A stretch of 64,000 bases of DNA from Octopus vulgaris (lineage: Eukaryota), in the NCBI GenBank assembly GCA_951406725.2, contig OX597825.1, forward strand, positions 74,896,001-74,960,000, given 5' to 3'. Both the position numbers and the translations under genes were made by a program. Shown piece by piece: positions 39,313-51,929 of the stretch. The notes beneath the pieces are model-generated. The model saw only the letters and a program-made list of their open reading frames with translations. It had not been told where the DNA came from and did no database searches. How positions within the stretch are numbered: the first letter of the stretch is position 1; the number at the start of each line of letters is the position of its first letter.

Positions 39313-40056
39313 CAGTGGTTCTCACTCAACCATTTTTTTTTACCTATGGACTCTTTCGAATAATATTTTATTCTGGTGGACCCCAGTAGACATTTGATGT
39401 TTAAAAAACTAGTTTTATAAATACTTCTTTTAAAATTCCTATTTTGTTTTTCACATATTAACTTGTATAGATTGAACTTACTTTACTTTTACTTTTTTAC
39501 TTTTTTACTTGCTTCAGTCATTTGACTGCGGCCATGCTGGAGCACCGCCTTTAATCGAGCAACTCGACCCCGGGACTTATTCTTTTGTAAGCCCAGTACT
39601 TATTCTATCGGTCTCTTTTTGCCGAACTGCTAAGTAACAGGGACATAAACACACCAGCATCGGTTGTCAAGCAATGCTAGGGGGACAGACGCACAAACAC
39701 ACACACGCATATATATACATATATACGACGGGCTTCTTTCAGTTTCCGTCTACCAAATCCACTCACAAGGCTTTGGTCGGCCCGAGGCTATAGTAGAAGA
39801 CACTTGCCGGAACCATGTGGTTGGTAAGAAAGCTACTTACCACACAGCCACTCCTGCATAAAACATTTGAGAAAGAAATTTATCTGATTCTTCCAATAAC
39901 TACATCTTAATCAAAATTTTTTCATGGACCCTTAATATACTACTATGCATCTCGAATTTATCATTTTTTTTGCATAGACTCCACCAAATTTTTATAGGGA
40001 CCCCTAGGGCTCATATAACCCCCAAGGGTCATATGAACACCGACTGAGAACCACTG
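39313..40056. mobile_element. hAT-type MITE carrying a SINE A insertion (39480-39858, minus)
   Basis: TIRs CAGTGGTTCTCA / TGAGAACCACTG; imperfect 8-bp TSD AGTTTTAG / AATTTTGG. Confidence 0.75.
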
Positions 40057-41758
40057 AATTTTGGTATCATTTAAAGTATGTTCATGTTTAATGCATTGTA
40101 CAAACTCCCAAATATTTGAGCAATAGGGGGTTCACTGTTTTCAAAAACCCAAGCCAGCCATCAATACGCTTTTATTTCAATTTTTTGTTATCTTTCAGTC
40201 AGGAGACGGAAAGTGCATATGACCTTTTATAACACCTTCAAGACTAGTAGGAGGTAGGGAGACAGTGAGGGGGAGTGAAAGGTGTTCTCAAATTGGAAAC
40301 TGAGTTTAAAATACTTGTAACAAAGTGGACTCTACCGGAAGCATCCAAAATGCCAAGTGGTGGTGTTAAACATGATGATGGATGAAGTCTACCACCCAAG
40401 TTGTCTGACAGAATGTGAGCTCACGACACTAAGTGTTGGAACAAAAACTACAATTCGTGTAGTCCAACATCCTTACATTTCTACTAATCCACTACCTTGG
40501 TTTGGTGCTCATTTTTGTTTGACCACCAGGAAGATGAAAGACAAAATTTGATCTTGATGGGACGGAAACTGAGAATGCAGAAGTTTTGGTTTGGGTTAAA
40601 CCTTGCAAAATGACCTCATATATGTTTCACATTTCATGCTAAAACTATGGTAATATGAAGCCTTCTGGCTTCACAGACCCCAGCAGAACCGTCCAACCCA
40701 TGCTAGCATGGAAAACGGACGCTAAATGATGATGATGATGATGATTTCATGCTAAAACTATGGTAATCAATGCATTGATCTCTGATCAGGAGGACCTTTT
40801 TTTAATTTAAAGGATTTGAAAAACAAGTTGTGCCCATGGCTTTCGCAGCTCATTCTAGAATGGTCTGGTGAGATTGATGCCATTAATGTTCCTACTGAAC
40901 CCCCTCTCCCTAAAACTAATATTCATAGGAAACATGAGTGATCATGGGGAAATTATTACCTTATTTGGAAACAGGTGAGGGTTGGCAACAGGGAGAGCAT
41001 CTGGTCATAGAAAATCTGTCCCAACAGATTCTGTCTGACCCATGTAAGCATAGAAAAGAGGATGCTAAAATGATGATGAGATGATGACGATAACGATGAC
41101 GATGACAATGATGATAATGACAAGAACAGCAATAACGATAATAGAGACATAATTGTCTTTAATGAACATGTTAGTTCATCAATTGCTTTATAGATGAATT
41201 TGCTAATCTGAATTTTTCTGTAAACATACTTAGGGTATAATTTTGTACTACCTTCCCTTGTTCTTTATTCCCTTTTTTACTCTACCTGGGATGGATAAAA
41301 CTACTTATGTTCTTCTCTCATAATGTCCATTTACCATTTTGTATATTTCCAGGACAACCACTCTTAGTTATCTGTCTCAAACTTGATTATTTCATTCTTT
41401 TTTCAAACTCTCAGAATACATCAGATTTTTCAGTCCAGGTAATTCTTTGTATTGCTATTCAATTTATTTCCATAAGTTCTTTATTGTAGGAACTCTAAAC
41501 TCATCATGATCACCATTTTAGCATCCATGTTTTCATGTTTGGATGAACTGGGAGGTTCCATTTCCAAGCTAGGCAATATTTCTCCATAGCCAGACATGTT
41601 TTTGCAGAATATTGGAAGTAAATTACACTTATTTATAACTACCATAAATAAATTCTGGGGTTGATTTCAAGGCAGTGCTCCGCATGGCTGCATTCAAATG
41701 AGTGAAACAAGTAAAAGAATAGATAGATAAACATATATATGTATGTATACACACATAT

Positions 41759-41811
<53 letters not shown>

Positions 41812-41982
41812 GAGCCTGTGGTGTTTATATTTCCTTATTTTGACATTACACATTAAAACGTGCCTGGCCATGGGAAAAATCTTGCTTGGAAATAGTTGAG
41901 AATCAGCAACAAGAAGGATATCTGGCCATTGAGAATCTACCTCAATGAATTCCTTGTGACCCATCAAAATATAAAAGTAGAT

Positions 41983-42506
41983 AACAAAGTGTTAGCGCTA
42001 AGCAGTGTGTAAGTATGAGCAGAATTAAGTAAGCTGAAATATGTTTGTCACATATTTCAACTGCTAAAAGGCAAATACACTGCAATTGCTGTGGAGAATA
42101 AATCATTCTTATGGTAAAAAGGTGTGATAACACCTGGTTTGTTCAGTGTCACCATCTATTAGGAATCTCCGACATTGATGTTTCAAGATACTTGGCTCTT
42201 GCTATTTGCCTCGGTCAGGTGATCTCCTAGTGCAAATCAGTCAACATGTTGACTGAATTATATATAAAGCTATGGTTTTATAAGTTTGTTCAGAGTTGTC
42301 TCTCTTGGGTACATCTCATTGATGAGAGCCAAGTAGCTTGAACATTGATGTCTGAGATTCATAATTGATGGTGACACTGAATGCACCAGGTGTTTTCACA
42401 CCTTTTTACCATAAGAGAGATTTATTCTCTGTGGTAATAGCAGTGTATTTGTCTTTCAGTAGTTGAAATATGTGACAAACATATTTCAACTCATCTAATT
42501 CTGTTC
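41983..42506. mobile_element. Penelope-like fold-back element with hammerhead motif
   Basis: ~185-bp inverted arms (about 42013-42200 and 42324-42508); 12-bp TSD ATAAAAGTAGAT at 41971 and 42507. Confidence 0.75.
42313..42358 (+). ncRNA. Minimal type I hammerhead ribozyme (slightly decayed)
   Basis: ATCTCA-[tTGATGA]-GAGC caagta GCTT-[GAA]-CATTGATG-[TC]-TGAGAT: stems I, II and III all pair; the mirror copy on minus keeps GAAACATCAATGTC. Confidence 0.7.
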
Positions 42507-42711
42507 ATAAAAGTAGATGTTAAAATGATGATGATGATGGGTGTGTAGAGTAAGAAATACTTGATCAAGATGGCAATGATTGATTACTAAGCAAACTTCT
42601 TAATCACTCAGCTGTACCTTATTTGCATACATACATGTACATACACACATACATTCATGTGTGTGAGTGTGTGTGTGTGTGCCTGTGTCTGTGTGTGTAT
42701 CTATATATCTT

Positions 42712-43153
42712 TTTATCTTTTACTGGTTTCCGTCATAAGATTGTGGTCATGCTGGGGCATCACCTTAGAGAACTTTAATCAAATTAATTGACATCAGTAC
42801 TTCATTTTTTTCTAAACCTGGTACTTATTCTGTCAGTCTCTTTTTGCCAAACCACTAGAGTACAGGGGCATAAACACTGACACCAGTTGTCAAGCATTGA
42901 TGGTGGGGTCAAATACAGATACAAAGACTCACACACACATATATATGATGGGCACATAGATACAAAGACACGCATATACATATACACATATATATGATGG
43001 GCTTCTTTCAGTTTTTGTCTATCAAAACACTCACTAATTTCTGGCCTGTCTGAGGCTTTAGTAGAAGACACTTGCCCAAAGTGCCACACAGTAGGACTGA
43101 ACTTGGAACCATGCAATTGGGAAGTAAACTTCTTACCATACAACCACACCCTT
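42712..43153 (-). mobile_element. Diverged SINE family A copy
   Basis: Same layout as family A with more substitutions. Confidence 0.75.
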
Positions 43154-43189
43154 GGGCTTATATATATGGCTGCAGAGTTCATAGGCTCA

Positions 43190-44374
43190 CTATGAGACTT
43201 TGGGAATGCAACAAATGAGATTTATATTTCTATATATAGTCCCCCCTTGCAGTCCACACACTTCTTCCATTGGTAAAGAAGCTTTCATCCTGTTTGTCAA
43301 AAAGGTCATCAACAGTAGGTTTGATGTCATCATTACTAGGTTCCCAGCTAAGTGTTTTTTCATGTTGGGGAACAGATGATAGTCAGATGGGGCCAAATCA
43401 GGAGAATAGGGAAAGTGACCATAGTTCAAAGCCACAGTCACACACACCAGCTATTGAAACCAAGGACTTGTGTGCTGAAGCATTATCCTGATGAAACAAG
43501 ACCCCTTTCATCAGTTTTCCTAGGTGTTTGGTTTTGATAGCCTTTCATAACTGCCTCAGCAAGTTGGCGTAGTACTCTCCATTGATGGTGTGACTCTTTT
43601 GAAGATAATCAATAAATAGAATGGCTTTTGCATCTCAAAAAACCGAGGTCACCACCTTCCCTGCAGATGAAATGACCTCGGCCTCTTTGGAGCAGGTGAG
43701 GAGGGACGTTCCCACTGCATGGATTGTCTTTTTGTCTCTGTTTCAAAATGATGAACCCAGCACTTATTCTGGGTTAGGAAATGTTCAAAGAAACCAGCTC
43801 GATCAGTCTGAAACAATGTCAGATTTTCCCACAGTCTGGTGCACTTTTGATCAGGTATCAAAGGACATGTCACCTACTGAGCAGAAACCTTAGTCATGCC
43901 AAGTTCATTGGGCAGAATATTCTCATCTCTCTCATGGAATATCCTAATACCTTTGGCTATTTGATTTATATTCAATTGCCTGGCATCCATCATCATCATT
44001 GCCATGTGATGAACATGATCAATGTTTCCCTTGGTGATGATTGTTGCAGGATGTCCAGACTCTGGGTCATCTTCAAGGCTCTTCTTTTTCCTCCTAAATT
44101 CAGCTGCTCACTTTCACACTATCAGTAAAGCTGGAGCATCATCCCCTAATATAACAACAATATCTGCAGCTACTTGATAATACAATAATGTCAAATTATG
44201 TCCAAGTCATTACTGGTTACTTTTGAAGTCTTCTTTGAACAGGCAGATGTCAATTTACATAGAAAGGAACAATGCAGTTATTAATAAGGAGAGTTGAAGT
44301 TAATACACACAAGATTTCACAGCTCTAGCATCATTCTTCCATAGTTAGCCTACAAACTTTTCAGGTCACCCTTG
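43190..44374 (-). mobile_element. Mariner element (irritans/Hsmar2-like), decayed
   Basis: TIR CAAGGGTGACCTGAAAAGTTT next to TA; FLTQNKCWVHHFETETKRQSMQW and YSPDLAPSDYHLFPNMKKHLAG. Confidence 0.85.
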
Positions 44375-44390
44375 TATGTATATATGTATC

Positions 44391-44768
44391 TATATTGTTA
44401 TACTTCAGGATGCTCATTTTTCCATTTTAGCTTTTTCTTGCCAAGTAAACACAGGCATATTATGTTCATTCTTCACTTGTTTATAATAATTGTTCTTACT
44501 TTATTTCATGTCTATTGTCTGGAAATCTTTTGTCACACACCTGTGACCTCTTTAGTGAATCTTCCACCCCAATTGTCTCCTCAGAACAGGAGGAGACACG
44601 TGGGCTAGAAATAGCACTGAAGAGGTCACAGGTGTGTGACGAAAGATTTCCAGAAAATGGACATGAAATAAAATAAGAACTATTATTATAAACAAGTGAA
44701 GAATGAACATATTGTGTGTGTGTTATGTGGCAAGAAAAAAAAAATGACCATCCTGAAATATAACAATA
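44391..44768. mobile_element. Penelope-like fold-back element with hammerhead core
   Basis: ~160-bp inverted arms around a ~55-nt loop; right arm has CTGAAGA-GGTCAC-AGGTGT-GTGAC-GAAA-GATTTC (44617-44650). Confidence 0.65.
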
Positions 44769-44823
44769 TTTGTCTCAACACACGATTTCACATCAGGAAT
44801 CTTGCAAAACAAACTTATAAACG

Positions 44824-45195
<372 letters not shown>

Positions 45196-45969
45196 TGCGA
45201 GCTTGGCCGAGTTTGTACGTACGCCAGAGGGAGAAAAGGAACCTGACATTTTGGGGCTATCCCTTTGGCTGAGATTATTTCAGAAAGCGAATATATTGAC
45301 ACACATTTCGCGATCACCCATACGCGTGCGTATGCTGCATCAAGCATTTCTGATGTGATGTGATTATTTCGTGTTTTCTTACTTTTCCGTTTAAGTAGTG
45401 TATTTTTCTTTCTCTTATTTCTATCTTTGTTCTTTTCATTCCCCGCATCATTTATTTGCTTTCTTCATATCTCACTACCATTTCCTGATGTCTTTCTCCC
45501 TTTTTGTTTCCTTCCTTTCTTCATCTCTGTTGAATCCTTGCCTTCTTTCGAATTTTCTTTTTACTATCATTTCCAGTCTTTCACTATAAATTATATACTT
45601 TCATTTATCTTCCAATCTTTCTTGTATTTTTTTTTCGTTCTATTTTCATTCATTTCTTTTCCTTACCGTTTTACCCCACCTTCATTTAACTCTATCTTTC
45701 ATTTCTTCTTTCAATCCTCCCCCACTTTTCTCCTACTTTTTTCTTTCTTTCCATTTTTATTCTCTTTCCTTATACATCTTTCTCCTCTTAACTTCCACGT
45801 TTTCCCTCCCACTATTATCATTACTCCTTTCTGTCTTTCTTTTGTTCTTTCAGAGTCAATCGATCACCACCAGATTGCCGACACATCGTGCTATTGTCAG
45901 ACAAGCAAACCCCTGCACCTTCGTATGCGAACACTATATGCAGTATCAAGTGTCTTTAGGGTGAGCAGA

Positions 45970-46284
45970 AAGTAGTAGTAGTAGTAGTAGTAGCGGCGGT
46001 GGTGTGTGATGGTGAAGGTAATAGTATTGATAGTAATCGTAGTATTTGTGACCGCAGTAGCGGCGATGTGCAATTCATGGTGATGCTTAATAGCTACAAT
46101 GGTAGTAATTTTAATAGTAGTAATAGTGAAGTGCTAGTAGTAGTAGTAGTAGTAGTAGTAATAGAAATGGTGGGTATTGGTAGGGGTTATGGATGAAGGT
46201 AGCAATAATTGTAGTACTGGTGGTCGTTGTGACCACGGTGATGCTAATAATTGCATTGACAGTCGTCGGGATGGCAGTACTAGT

Positions 46285-46319
<35 letters not shown>

Positions 46320-46510
46320 TAGTAGTAGAAGTAGTAGTGATGGTGATGACGGTGAATGGTGAATGGAGAAGGTTATATCTGTAGTAGTGGTTGTCGTGGC
46401 AACGATGGGGGCTGCAGCGGTTGTAAAGTTAGGGGAAATCGCAACCCTTACAGTGGTCAGAAAGGTTCTGGAACTAGTAGCCTCACTAAGAATTACAATA
46501 ACAGTAGTAA

Positions 46511-46553
<43 letters not shown>

Positions 46554-46581
46554 GGTGGTGGTGGTGGTAGTAGTGGTGGTG

Positions 46582-46613
<32 letters not shown>

Positions 46614-46645
46614 GGCAACAGCAGCAGTAGTAGTAGTAGTAGTTT
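45970..46645. repeat. (TAG)n/(TGG)n/(CAG)n low-complexity region
   Basis: Directly visible; produces poly-V/S/G ORFs. Confidence 0.9.
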
Positions 46646-46985
46646 TTGTAATTATAGTTTAGTTTTTAAACTAATTTTCGGCAATCGTTGATGAATTTGG
46701 CAGAAATAACTTGAGAAAGGTAACAGATAACGGGCCTGATTTGATAAACAAAACTGTAACTACTCTCTCACTCACTGCGGCAATATATTTGGTCTGTGGT
46801 AGAAGTTATAACAAGAATGTATAATGTGAGATCGGGAGGATAACCGTTTCGATGGGGCGGGTACCTGGCAACCAGACAAGCGGTCGATAATTCCTATTTT
46901 GTCCATGGGCACTAGCTGCATCGCTGTTGGTGTTGTAGCTGCTGCTGCTATCTACCCTGATTGTGTATATCTATAATCAATGGGG

Positions 46986-47086
46986 GCGAAGGTAAAGAAT
47001 ACACACACCCGGTGTTTAGGGTTAGGGTTAGGAGTTGGGTTAAGGTTACGCCGAAAACGGGTGGTGTGCGTATTCTTTACCTCCGC
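46986..47086. mobile_element. Small MITE with TTAGGG repeats in its loop
   Basis: Inverted arms GCGAAGGTAAAGAATACACACACCCG / CGGGTGGTGTGCGTATTCTTTACCTCCGC; half copy at 7507-7547. Confidence 0.65.
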
Positions 47087-47312
47087 TTCAAAGGATCATA
47101 GAGACATTTTTAAATACACCCAGAAGAGGTGGAACTTAGTACTTGCAAGCTAAACCACTCGATAGTTTTGAAGATCTGATGCTGCATACTGCGATGTGTT
47201 ATCCTTACTCTGTTATGATCCCTATCTATGGCGAATAAATGAAGTGGAGACAATGAGAAAGCCTAGGTGGAGTTTTGAATTTTTGTTTTTTTTTAATTAT
47301 AATCTTTTAGTC

Positions 47313-48236
47313 TAGCGGTTCTCAACCATTTTATTGCCCGTGGATCCCATTGATACCTATTTTATCTGCTGGACCCACACCCCCATTGTCAGTTGGTGTT
47401 TTAAATATTCTATTCTACTCTAAACACAAGGCCTGAAATCTTTAGGGAGTGAGGCCAGTCAATTAGATCGACTTCAATACGCAACTGGTAATTAATTTAT
47501 TGACCCCGAAAGATTGAAAGGCAAAGTCGACCTCGGTGGAATTTGAACTCAGAACATAAAGACAGACGAAATACCTATTTCTTTACTACCCACAAGGGGC
47601 TAAACACAGAGAGGACAAACAAGGACAGACAAACGGATTAAGTCGATTATATCGACCCCAGTGCGTAACTGGTACTTATTTAATCGACCCCGAAAGGATG
47701 ACAGGCAAAGTCGACCTGGGCAGAATTTGAACTCAGAACGTAGCGGCAGAGGAAATACCTATTTCTTTACTACCCACAAGGGGCTAAACACAGAGGAGAC
47801 AAACAAGGACAAATAGACGGATTAAGTCGATTATATCGACCCCAGTGCGTAACTGGTATTTGTTTAATCAACCCCGAAAGGATGAAAGGCAAAGTCGACC
47901 TCGGCGGAATTTGAACTCAGAACATAGCGGCAGAGGAAATACCTATTTCTTTACTACCCACAAGAGGCTAAACACAGAGAGGACAAACAAGGACAGACAA
48001 ACGGATTAAGTCGATTATATCGACCCCAGTGTGTAACTGGTACTTGTTTAATCGACCCCGAAAGGATGAAAGGCAAAGTTGACCTCGGCGGAATTTGAAC
48101 TCAGAACATTACGGCTACGCATTTCGCCCAGCGTGCTAACGTTTCTGCCAGCTCACCACCTTTGATATTTTAAATATTGTCAGGAATTGTATTAAAGAAT
48201 TGTCAATCTTCAGTGGACCCTGGTTGAGAAGCACTG
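47313..48236. mobile_element. hAT-type MITE with exact 8-bp TSD, hosting a multimeric SINE B
   Basis: TSD TTTTAGTC at 47305-47312 and 48237-48244; TIR TAGCGGTTCTCAACCA / TGGTTGAGAAGCACTG. Confidence 0.85.
47410..48160 (-). repeat. SINE B with 184-bp tandem monomers (about 3.5 units)
   Basis: ATACCTATTTCTTTACTACCCACAAG recurs at 47571, 47755 and 47939; SINE head at about 48160 on minus. Confidence 0.9.
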
Positions 48237-49066
48237 TTTTAGTCAAAAGGGATGGCAATGTCTCTAACCAGTAAAAGGGCCTCTAAGACTAGTGGCAAAA
48301 AAGGGGGAAGGTATTCTCAGACTGAAAATGTGATCTGAATGCTTGCATGCTTGTGACTGAGTGGACTCCTTGAAAGACACCCAGCGTGCCAGAGAGGGGT
48401 TAAGTCTAGGAGCCCCACATTTCATGAGAAAGGAAAAGGTTACAGGGAGTGGAGGGCAAAAGGTGAAAAAAAGGGAAGGAGATTGGTCTGCAAGAGTGCT
48501 GTGCTGTGCTGATGCTACATGGCAAGCACTCATGTCAGAACCACGTAAAAGCACTCATGCTGGTGCCATGTTAAAAGCACTCAGCACACACTATAAAGTG
48601 GTTGGTGTTAGGGAGAGTATCCAGATCAGACTGGAATCTGGTGCAGCTCTCCAGCTTGCCAGCAATGGTCAAACTGTCCAACACATACCAGCACAGAAAA
48701 CGGACTTTAAAGGGTTGACAATGATGATGATAGGGTGATGAATGGCATTAGTGAGGTTGCCATGCAGCTTGTGAGACTACAAAGCCTGGGTGGGGTTACA
48801 TATATGAGAGGAGATGAGGGGTTGAAGTATGAAAAAAGAGGAAGAAGGAGAAGAAAACAGGTTCTCATAGAGGAGCTACAGTGTTACTCATCAGTAACGA
48901 GAATAATCAGTAGGAGCTGCAGGTCCAGATGGCTCATCAAGGTATGAGGTGAATAGGCATATACTTGGATAGAGGAACAACTAGGTGTGTGGACAGGTGG
49001 GTGGATGTTTGCAAAAGTGTAGTGGGGGGGAGCAAGAGAGGAGGAGATGGTAGGTAGGCTTTGAAA

Positions 49067-49241
49067 AAATAACTATCAAAATCGAACTGTACTCTTCAAA
49101 ACTTGCACTAAGAATAAGGACAAGGTGAAATCACTAAATGCTTTTATAGCAGGTTGATGCAGGTAGCTTATTCTGTCCCCCCCCCCCCCGACTTTTAGTT
49201 CATGCAATTGAAAGAACTGCATTATTTATTGGATGACCTAA
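49067..49241 (-). mobile_element. Mariner left-end fragment
   Basis: Reverse complement of about 18880-19050. Confidence 0.75.
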
Positions 49242-49354
49242 TGTGTGTGTGTTTGTGTGTGGTTTCCCACATATCTATGTATTTGAGGGAAATTGAACAA
49301 TTTTTTAAATAACTCCTTTTAATTTATGTTTATCGTGTTTAATATGTTAAAAGT

Positions 49355-49735
49355 GTGGAGGCGCAATGGCCCAGTGGTTAGGGCAGCGGACTCGCGGTCA
49401 TAGGATCGCGGTTTCGATTCCCAGACCAGGCGTTGTGAGTGCTTATTGAGCGAAAACACCTAAAGCTCCACGAGGCTCCGGCAGGGATGGTGGTGATCCC
49501 TGCTGTACTCTTTCACCACAACTTTCTCTTACTTCCTGTTTCTGTTGTACCTGTATTTCAAAGGGCCGGCCTTGTCACTCTCTGTGTCACGCTGAATATC
49601 CCCGAGAACTACGATAAGGGTGCACGTGTCTGTGGAGTGCTCAGCCACTTACACGTTAATTTCACGAGCAGGCAGTTCCGTTGATGCGTATCGACCGGAA
49701 CTCTCATCGTCGTAACCGACGGAGTGCTTCCATCC
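49355..49735 (+). mobile_element. tRNA-derived SINE family C, full copy
   Basis: TGGCCCAGTGGTTAGGGCA A-box and GTTTCGATTCCC B-box; flanked by a repeated GTTAAAAGTG. Confidence 0.85.
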
Positions 49736-50180
49736 AAGTTAAAAGTGGATAAGTTTTTAATTTTGTTTATAATTTTATAATTTTTATAATTTTTTCTTAT
49801 TATTCTATTTTTTTTCCTGTTGCATCCTGTTTATCTGTCCACAACAGCTTTTTTCAATTTGGCTGCAATCATTTTCTCAGCCTCCCTCCTGAGGATGGAG
49901 CAATAGTTTAGCTGATCTTAAAGAATGCATTCGGTTAGCAGTACAGGAGATAACTCCTGAAATGCTCACAACACTAAGGATTGATCTGAAATTTACAGGG
50001 ATACAGACGGAACACATGTGGAAAATTATCAATAAAGTTTTGTTGTAAGATTTATAAATCTATTTGTTTTGGTATCATAATTGAGTAATAAACACAAAAC
50101 TCTGTCAGTTTTGTTTTTATAAACTAGCCTGATTTCATTGAAAGAGATAGTTAATTCTGGGACACCCTGTATGTGTGTGT

Positions 50181-50212
<32 letters not shown>

Positions 50213-50429
50213 TGCGACGTCACTGGTGCCAAGCTGTATCGACCTTTGTCTTTCCCTTGGATAACACTGGTGGCGTGGAGAGGGAGGCTGGTATGCATGG
50301 GCGACTGCTGGCCTTCCATAAAAACAACCTTGCCCAGACTTGTGTCTAGGAGGGTAACTTTCTAGGTGCAATCCCATGGTCATTCATGACCGAAGGGGGT
50401 CTTTACCCTTTATATATATATATATATAT

Positions 50430-50826
50430 ACTCTTTTACTTGTTTCAGTCAGTTGACTGCGGCCATGCTGGAGTACCGCCTTTAGTCGAACAACTCGACC
50501 CCGGGACTTATTCTTTGTAAGCCCAGTACTTATTCTATCAGTCTCTTTTTGCCGAACCGCTAAGTGACGGGGACATAAACACACCAACATCGGTTGTCAA
50601 GCAATGCTAGGGGGACAAACACAGACACACAAATACACATATATATATATATATACATATATACGATGGGCTTCTTTCAGTTTCCATCTACCAAATCCGC
50701 TCACAAGGCTTTGGTCGGCCCGAGGCTATAGTAGAAGACACTTACCCAAGGGGCCACGCAGTGGGACTGAACCCGGAACCATGTGGTTGGTAAGCAAGTT
50801 ACTTACCACACAGCCACTCCTGCACC
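50430..50826 (-). mobile_element. SINE family A, full copy
   Basis: Matches the other family A copies. Confidence 0.88.
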
Positions 50827-51381
50827 TAAATGATATATATATATATATACATATCATTTATCAGTCTGGTCAATGAACCCCATCAGCTGACGCCTACGGT
50901 AGACATACCGGATGACCTGTTGACTTCAGAATTTATTGAAGATAGTCATGCCTTAAAAGAAATTAAGCAAAAGAATGTGCTATCCATCCTTGACATCCAC
51001 TGAATGAATAGCAAAATAAGTCCAACACCATCACACACACCTCCATCCCTATATAACTATCATTCTATCCTCTCTTTCCATCATCTTCCATGTCTCCCCA
51101 CCAAGTGCACACAGAAATACTCATATAACTCACTTAATCTTCATACTGGTAATAAAAAGGATGAACAATCCTCTGTTGTACATCCATCAATGTGCTATCA
51201 CCTGAAGAAATGAAACTATGAAGATGATCAACCTGATGCCCATGGATATTATGGATTGTACTGTAATCATCCCAGGAATATGGACTGTGATCTTAAGAGA
51301 CATATAATCTGTGGAAATGTGCATAAAATGTTTATAAATTCCACTCAAGGATTATTGTTATTATATTATATTTATCCTACA

Positions 51382-51773
51382 CTAGCAGTATCGCTCGGCG
51401 TTGCTTGGGTTTGTTTCAACCCTTTAGAATTGGAATTTTTGAAAAGTAAAAATTTGGCATAATGTAGCTTGTTATTCTCTTTAAGTGAACATTTTTCTGG
51501 TTGAAATACACCGAAAAATGGTGACACAGCAGTCAAAAAATCGTAAAGAATAGGGATTTTCTTAAAAAAAAATCACCTTTTTTATGTAAATAATTTTTGG
51601 TATTAACATGGTCCAATTTGAATTTTTTTTTCTATAGAATGAAGAGCAAGCCTTCTTCTATCATACCCTCAATTTTGGTCAACTTGTGTCGCAGGGTCTC
51701 AGAGGAAATAGTGTTAGTTGAAGGCTACCAAACCTGCCATACACAGACAACTTCAGCTTTATATAGAGAGAGA
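51382..51773 (-). mobile_element. Non-autonomous Helitron
   Basis: Same termini as 21539-21910 (TC start, hairpin plus CTAG end, A|T site) with a largely different interior. Confidence 0.8.
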
Positions 51774-51929
51774 TTATATTGGTACAGCTTGATACAACTC
51801 TGTAAAACTGGTTCACCAGTCAGCATCATTAGACTGTGGCTGGCATAATAGAATAGGATCTCTATTTGCATATTCAAAATGTTTCCCATAAACAAATTTA
51901 AATGATGTATGTATGTATGTATGTATGTA

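Noticed and set aside
45427-46691. Phe-rich, poly-Val and poly-Ser/Gly ORFs
   Set aside because: Low-complexity pyrimidine tract and (TAG/TGG)n repeats; no domain signal.
46776-46960. Possible minus-strand exon (MQLVPMDKIG...) ending at a GTGAGT donor
   Set aside because: No recognisable homology and no partner exons identified.
47460-48110. Regularly spaced repeats resembling a CRISPR array
   Set aside because: Whole 184-bp units are repeated with no unique spacers, no cas genes, eukaryotic context.
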